NCBI GenBank assembly: GCA_002269645.1 | Contig: NIVC01000114.1 | Coordinates: forward strand, 558,001-622,000 | Source of the DNA: Macrostomum lignano | Taxonomy: Eukaryota | DNA: 64,000 bases | Reading direction: 5' to 3' | Shown here: one piece after another, positions 56,385 to 64,000 of the stretch | How positions within the stretch are numbered: the first letter of the stretch is position 1 | How the letters are laid out: each line of letters opens with the position of its first letter | The notes under the pieces: generated by a model | The model's database searches: none | The model's input: the letters and a program-made list of their open reading frames with translations, nothing else | Told to the model about the DNA's origin: nothing | Made by a program: the position numbers and the translations under genes

Positions 56385-59300
56385 AATCCTTAATCCGGTC
56401 AAATCCTTAATCCAGTTCAATCCTTAATCAAGTTCAATCCTTAATCCAGTTCAATCCTTAATCCATTCCAATCCTTAATCCAGTTAAATCCTTAATCCAA
56501 CCCAATTCTTAATCCAGTTCAATCCTTAATCCATTCCAATCCTTAATCCAGTTCAATCCTTAATCCATTCCAATCCTTAATCCAGTTCAATCCTTAATCC
56601 AGTCCAATCCTTAATCCAGCCCAATTCTTAATCCATTCCAATCCTCAATCCAGCTCAATTCTTAATCCAGTCCAATCCTTAATCCAGCCCAATTCTTAAT
56701 CCAGTTCAATCCTTAATCCAGTTCAATCCTTAATCCATTCCAATCCTTAATCCAGTTCAATCCTTAATCCAGTCCAATCCTTAATCCAGCCCAATCCTTA
56801 ATCCAGTTAAATCCTTAATCCATTCCAATCCTTAATCCAGTTCAATCCTTAATCCAGCCCAATTCTTAATTCAGTTCAATCCTTAATCCAGTCCAATCCT
56901 TAATCCAGTTCAATCCTTAATCCATTCCAATCCTTAATCCAGTTTAATCCTTAATTCAGTTCAATCCTTAATCCAGTCCAATCCTTAATCCAGTTCAATC
57001 CTTAATCCATTCCAATTCTTAATCCAGTTCAGTCCTTATTCCAGCCCAATTCTTAATCCAGTTCAATCCTTAATCCAGTTCAATCCTTAATCCATTCCAA
57101 TCCTTAATCCAGTTCAATCCTTAATCCAGTCCAATCCTTAATCCAGTCCAATCCTTAATTCAGCCCAATTCTTAATCCAGTTCAATCCTTAATCCAGCCC
57201 AATTCCTAATCCAGTTCAATCCTTAATCCATTCCAATCCTTAATCCAGCCCAATTGTTAATCCAGTTCAATCCTTAATCCAGCCCAATTCTTAATCCAGT
57301 TCAATCCTTAATCCAGTTCAATCCTTAATCCATTCCAATCCTTAATCCAGTTCAATCCTTAATCCAACCCAATTCTTAATCCAGTTCAATCCTTAATCCA
57401 TTCCAATCCTTAATCCAGTTCAATCCTTAATCCAGCCCAATTCTTAATCCAGTTCAATTCTTAATCCAGTTCAATCCTTAATCCAGCCCAATTCTTAATC
57501 CAGTTCAATCCTTAATCCAGCCCAATTCTCAATCCAGTTCAATCCTTAATCCAGTTCAATCCTTAATCCATTCCAATCCTTAATCCAGTTCAATCCTTAA
57601 TCCAGTCCAATCCTTAATCCAGTCCAATCCTTAATTCAGCCCAATTCTTAATCCAGTTCAATCCTTAATCCAGCCTAATTCTTAATCCCGTTCAATTCTT
57701 AATCCAGTTCAATCCTTAATCCAGCCCAATTCTTAATCCAGTTCAATCCTTAATCCAGTTCAATCCTTAATCCAGTTCAATCATTAATCCATTTCAATCC
57801 TTAATCCAGCCCAATTCTTAATCCAGTTCAATCCTTAATCCAGTCCAATCCTTAATCCAACCCAATTCTTAATCCAGTTCAATCCTTAATCCAGTTCAAT
57901 CCTTAATCCAGCCCAATCCTTAATCCAGTCCAATCCTTAATCCAGTCCAATCCTTAATCCAGTTCAATCCTTAATCCAGTCCAATCCTTAATCCAGCCCA
58001 ATTCTTAATCTAGTCCAATCCTTAATCCAGCCCAATTCTTAATCCAGTTCAATCCTTAATCCAGCCCAATTCTTAATTCAGTTCAATTCTTAATCCAGTT
58101 TAATCCTTAATCCAGTTCAATCCTTAATCCAGTTCAATCCTTAATCCATTCCAATCCTTAATCCAGTTCAATCCTTAATCCAGTCTAATCCTTAATCCAT
58201 TCCAATCCTTAATCCAGCCCAATTTCTAATCTAGTCCAATCCTTAATCCAGCCCAATTCTTAATCCAGCCCAATTCTTTATTCAGTTCAATCCTTAATTC
58301 AGTTCAATCCTTAATCCAGCCCAATTCTTAATCCAGTTCAATCCTTAATCCAGTTCAATCCTTAATCCAGTTCAATCCTTAATCCAGCCCAATTCTTAAT
58401 CCAGTTCAATCCTTAATCCAGTCCAATCCTTAATCCAACCCAATTCTTAATCCAGTTCAATCCTTAATCCAGTTCAATCCTTAATCCAGCCCAATCCTTA
58501 ATCCAGTCCAATCCTTAATCCAGTCCAATCCTTAATCCAGTTCAATCCTTAATCCAGTCCAATCCTTAATCCAGCCCAATTCTTAATCTAGTCCAATCCT
58601 TAATCCAGCCCAATTCTTAATCCAGTTCAATCCTTAATCCAGCCCAATTCTTAATTCAGTTCAATTCTTAATCCAGTTTAATCCTTAATCCAGTTCAATC
58701 CTTAATCCAGTTCAATCCTTAATCCATTCCAATCCTTAATCCAGTTCAATCCTTAATCCAGTCTAATCCTTAATCCATTCCAATCCTTAATCCAGCCCAA
58801 TTTCTAATCTAGTCCAATCCTTAATCCAGCCCAATTCTTAATCCAGCCCAATTCTTTATTCAGTTCAATCCTTAATTCAGTTCAATCCTTAATCCAGTCC
58901 AATCCTTAATCCAGTTCAATCCTTAATCCAGTCCAATCCTTAATCCAGTTCAATCCTTAATCCATTCCAATCCTTAATCCAGTTTAATCCTTAATTCAGT
59001 TCAATCCTTAATCCAGTCCAATCCTTAATCCAGTCCAATCCTTAATCCATTCCAATTCTTAATCCAGTTCAGTCCTTAATCCAGCCCAATTCTTAATCCA
59101 GTTCAATCCTTAATCCAGTTCAATCCTTAATCCATTCCAATCCTTAATCCAGTTCAATCCTTAATCCAGTCCAATCCTTAATCCAGTCCAATCCTTAATT
59201 CAGCCCAATTCTTAATCCAGTTCAATCCTTAATCCAGCCCAATTCTTAATCCAGTTCAATCCTTAATCCATTCCAATCCTTAATCCAGCCCAATTGTTAA

Positions 59301-60430
59301 TCCAGTTCAATCCTTAATCCAGCCCAATTCTTAATCCAGTTCAATCCTTAATCCAGTTCAATCCTTAATCCATTCCAATCCTTAATCCAGTTCAATCCTT
59401 AATCCAACCCAATTCTTAATCCAGTTCAATCCTTAATCCAGTCTAATCCTTAATCCATTCCAATCCTTAATCCAGCCCAATTTCTAATCTAGTCCAATCC
59501 TTAATCCAGCCCAATTCTTAATCCAGCCCAATTCTTTATTCAGTTCAATCCTTAATTCAGTTCAATCCTTAATCCAGTCCAATCCTTAATCCAGTACAAT
59601 CCTTAATCCAGTCCAATCCTTAATCCAGTACAATCCTTAATCCAGTTCAATCCTTAATCCAGTCCAATTCTTAATCCAGCCCAATTCTTAATCCAGTTCA
59701 ATCCTTAATCCAGTCCAATCCTTAATCCAGTCCAATCCTTAATCCAGTTCAATCCTTAATCCAGTCCAATCCTTAATCCAGCCCAATCCTTAATCCAGTC
59801 CAATCCTTAATCCAGTCCAATCCTTAATCCAGTTCAATCCTTAATCCAGTCCAATCCTTAATCCAGCCCAATTCTTAATCCAGCCCAATTCTTAATCCAG
59901 CCCAATCCTTAATCCAGTCGAATCCTTAATCCAGTCCAATCCTTAATCCAGCCCAATTCTTAATCCAGTTTAATCCCTAATCCAGCCCAATTCTTAATCC
60001 ATTCCAATCCTTAATCCAGCCCAATTCTTAATCCAGCCCAATTCTTAATCCAGCCCAATCCTTAATCCAGCCCAATTCTTAATCCAGCCGAATTCTTAAT
60101 CCAGCCCAATTCTTAATCCAGCCCAATTCTTAATCCAGCCCAATTCTTAATCCAGCCCAATCCTCAATCCAGTCAAATCCTCAATCCAGTCAAATCCTCA
60201 ATCCAGTCAAATCCTCAATCCAGTTCAATCCTTAATCCAGTAAGATCATTAATCCTGTCAAATCATTAATTCTGTCAAATCCATAATCCAGTCAAATCCT
60301 TAATCCTGTTCAGTTCTTAATCCAGATTAATCTTTAATCCAGACCAATCCTTATTCCAGTCAAATCATTAATCCTGTTCAGTTCTTAATCCAGATTAATC
60401 CTTAATCCATTCCAATCCTTAACTCAGTTC
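56385..60430. repeat. 17-bp satellite (ccagttcaatccttaat), ~4 kb, with higher-order structure
   Basis: Tandem 17-mers. Variant blocks recur at multiples of 17 (578 and 2040 bp). Confidence 0.98.
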
Positions 60431-61227
60431 AAAGAGAAGCCACACAGTGCAAAGTATTTGCGATGCTTGATGATTCAAAAGTTATGACTGCTGTATATTC
60501 TGCTTTGAGTGCGCCTGCTGAATTACATTGATGTATTGTATGCATAGGAAGAACAACTTGTCTCGTTAAACTGTCTCCGCACCTTGATTTGTGGTCATAA
60601 CCTCCCCTGCGAACAAACTCTTTATGATAAAGGAGGTACGCTCGTACTATACTAAAGACAGACGTACTATACTAAGAGTGTTAAACACTAAATAGGCGAG
60701 TTCCATGTTTCTATCAAACAAAGTACAAAAGTACAAAAGTACAAAATTAATTACAAAAAATAAATTAGAATTGCCACAATAAGTAACAATGAATTAACAA
60801 ATACGCAATCAGTGACCACAGTTACCTCAACTTTTTTAGATCGGCACACAACCGCTAGGATACTTGACTTTGCCAACAAGAACCCAATTCAAAACTCGCG
60901 GTAAATTTTCTCATCAGCTTACTTATCAGTAGCAAAATTAGCGTTTTTTTTAACTAAGGAAAATTTTTTTTTAAATTGATACACAAAAAGCCTTTTGAAG
61001 CTCCAATCACCATGGATGAGCAAAAGTTCCTGAATTCGGTGTACAACTGATTAGTTGCAACTTCTTCGCGAGTGCATCATCGAATTCAGGCTGCTTCAGA
61101 CGCAGAAATGAAAAAAAAATTGAGACAAATTACGATAGACACATTGATATAAAAAGCTGTCTTAGGATGGCACTCCAGATTGATAAGGTCCAGGTGAATT
61201 GACTTCCAAGTGCCAACAATAGCCAAC

Positions 61228-61335
61228 AACCTAAACCTAACCTAAACCCTAAACCTAATCTAAACCCTAACATAACCTAACCCAACCTTAATCTAACGTA
61301 AACTAAGCCTAACCTAACCTAAATTAAACTACCTA
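61228..61335. repeat. Degenerate (CCTAA/CCTAAA)n tract
   Basis: aacctaaacctaacctaaaccctaaacctaatctaaaccctaac...; short and degenerate. Confidence 0.8.
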
Positions 61336-61881
61336 AACAATCCGAAGCCAAATATTGGACCTTAAACAACAAATCTGGGCGCATTAAAATATTTAAACCC
61401 AAGCATGAATCAGCGCAGTTCTAACTTAGTATTTGAAGCAGGGGCTGTGTGCACATCTGGCGCACTTTAAGCGACATTGTTACACAGCCGGCGGGGATGT
61501 AGTTGATTTCATGGTCCCGTCAAGAAATAAAATACATAAAATTTTATTGAATTACGCTTAAAATTAAATTCTAAGATCAGTCCTAAAAAGGACATTGCCA
61601 AAGCTCACTTCACTGAGTTCCATATTGGATTTAAATATACCAATTAAGGCTTGTGCCAGGTGGTACACAACAATTGTGTACATACATTGATAGGTAAAAC
61701 CAAAATACTTTTACCTTAGAATTAAAAACCAATACAAAGGACTTTTAGAATGACTCTTGTACCTTACCAGTCATTACTGTGGTTGCTAAAATTCGTAATG
61801 ACATGAAATTATATTTTAAGAAATCCAATCGCTAATTCTCAGGTTAGATCTGCCGCGCCAGGCTATCAAAGCTTCCGGACG

Positions 61882-64000
61882 ATGAAGAATCAAGCGGAAG
61901 CTGACCAAGTGGCTAGTGATTACGATGATAGCGACGAAGATGAGATCAGTTTCGATCCAAGCGAAGAACTGCTTTTGTACGCAAGTAAAACAAAATTCAA
62001 GACGGCTCTTGAAATTATTTAAACTCCAGAACTGAAACTTTTGGAGTTTCAAAATGACCACCTAAGGACCGCTGCTCACTATGCCGCCAAGTATAAGGAT
62101 GGGGAAAGTTTGCTCACTGAAATAGTTAAGCAGTTCGGGCCAAACTGTCTAACAACTCCAGACGAGGACAAAATAACACCTCTACACCTATCGGCCCGCT
62201 ACCATTCCGCCGAGTCTTGGGATCAAAACTTCACAGAATTAATCAAGTCACAAAAATCATTCAGTCTATTGCGTCTCAAAGACTCAAATGGAGACACGTG
62301 TGCTCACTGGGCTGCCAAAAACTCGGTATACCCAAAAACGATTCTCAAGATAAATGAAAAATCCTCCACCATGTGCTGGAAGTGGAAAAACAATAGAATT
62401 GAGACTGTGTTGCATAAAGTGTTAGAGCACTGCCGAGACGAAGGTGTTCTCCAGGAAATCATCGATGGCATTAAAAATGCCAGTGACTTGCTGACGGACA
62501 AAGATGTCGACGGCAACGGTGTGGCCCATTTTGCTGCCAGAAATTCCGCCGATGCCCTTGGCCATTTAGAAACACAAATGAATTTAGATGCTGCCAAGCT
62601 AAAGTCCGCCAACAAAAATGGAGAAACAGTTCTACATGTGGCCCTTAAAAAATGCAGCAAGGAAAGGGCTCACAAGTTGATTGAAAAAGCGTCGTCAGGG
62701 GTGCCAAGTTGGTACGAGTTGAGAGACAAACAGGGCGACACGTGTCTGCACGCTATTGCTCAGTGTTCTGATCAAGATGATGTACTCCTTGAGGCTGTAG
62801 GGGTTGTAGCAGCAAAGCGTCAGAAAAATGCAGATGAGCCAAGTAATAAACCCATCTTAGAAACAATACGTCTGAAAAGTGCATCTCGCATGCAGCGATG
62901 GAGTGAATGGAGTGGTCAGTTCAGCCAGCAAACGGATAAAAAAGCTGAAATATCCAACGATCCAGGATGTCTACTTGTTCAAAACAAACAAAAATCAACT
63001 GTTTTACATTACGCTGTCGAAAACTGTCAGTTACAAACTGTCAATGAGCTGCTTCATAAACATTTAAAACAAATCGGCGGTCTTCTCATAGCCGATAAAT
63101 CGGGCAACACGATTTTCCACATCGGTGCCAAAAGGCAGGACAAAAGTGAGCTCTTTCGCATTCTGTTTGAACAATATGGAGTACAATCTCAACTTGAACT
63201 GCCTGCACGCAACAAAACTAGACACTTCAGTTCTATGCAAGCTGTTAGAGAAGATTCCGTCCGACGATGAGGCTGCTACGATCTTTAAAAAAATTTTAGT
63301 CAATTCAAAAACAGGTGCTCACCTAATTCACACGTTCTCAGGCCAATACAATCTGCAGGTAATGCTTGGTTCTATGAAGATTCTATTGAATACCAAGGAC
63401 AAATACAGCCTTATCAAGTCAAAAGTGAAGCCACGCTCCTGCGAAAACGTTGAGGATGCAGATACGTGCTTGCACTTTGCCTGCGCATCCGGCCATCGGC
63501 AAAATATTGTGTTTCTACTTGAGAACAATTTAACGCTTTGGTCCAAGTCCCAGTCAGAAAAATCATGCGTTGACTTAGCTTTTGAGAACGGAAATTTCGA
63601 TGATCTTATTCAAGCTGTTAAGGAGTACAATAAAAAATTAAAGAACAGTGCCAGCGAAAACTCCCAGATCACGGACAAAGATCTCAAGGAGATCAAAATG
63701 ACAGACATTTGGCGCCTTCTAGATCCACCACAACGAGCCCTAAAGCTCCCTGACAGGCAAGCGGCACAAAACACTCTCGTGACTATCACGAATGACTATG
63801 GAACTACATCTGTAAACTCGGGTACGAAGAAGCAAAAGACAGACAGAATGATTCTGATCAGAGCGCTGGAAATGGACTCCAGAAAGATATTTCGTGCAGC
63901 ACTCAGCTTAAACATGATAACACAGGAGACAGAAGCATTCTTCACGAAGCATTTCATCAGCACACTGGATAATGAAGAAAGTATCCAAAGAAGTTTTCTT
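61882..64000 (+). pseudogene. Disrupted paralogue of the ankyrin-TRP gene at 1271-6063 (runs off the window)
   Basis: ATG at 61882, in-frame TAA at 62020-62022, then ORF 62041..63270 closely matching the first copy (LTTPDEDKITPLHLSARYH, DSNGDTCAHWAA). At ~63181 a frameshifting deletion of roughly 130 codons occurs; the shifted frame resumes YNLNLNCLHATKLD...EIKMTDIWRLLDPP...RAALSL to the window end. Confidence 0.85.

Noticed and set aside
61228-61335. Telomere or interstitial telomere
   Set aside because: Only ~100 bp, mixed CCTAA/CCTAAA/CTAA units and highly degenerate. More likely low-complexity DNA within a non-autonomous element.

Overview
Repeat-rich animal genomic DNA with short GT-AG introns and abundant (TATC)n and minisatellites. 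It resembles a free-living flatworm such as Macrostomum, but the species is my inference only. Host genes reconstructed by hand-splicing are: (1) a 2-exon TRP channel on the minus strand (1271-6063) that joins ~14-15 ankyrin repeats to a TRPM-type MHR4/transmembrane/TRP-box/coiled-coil core, with a broken inverted paralogue at the far right end (61882 onward); (2) a 2-exon permuted-papain-like small protein; (3) a small secreted 6-Cys protein; (4) a 3-exon ParB-like-domain gene with a possible alternative last exon; (5) a 3-exon ankyrin + Mab-21/cGAS-like nucleotidyltransferase (cGLR); (6) a complete 20-exon muscle myosin II heavy chain (~1956 aa) whose large introns are filled by different minisatellites. 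Two decayed Ty3/Gypsy elements sit head-to-head at 15.1-23.4 kb. The plus-strand one has an unusual gag - envelope-like glycoprotein - protease - RT - RNase H order, with the env-like ORF in frame with the protease across a single TGA. hAT MITEs, a tRNA-derived SINE and a 4-kb 17-mer satellite complete the window. No CRISPR, rRNA or intact tRNA genes were seen.
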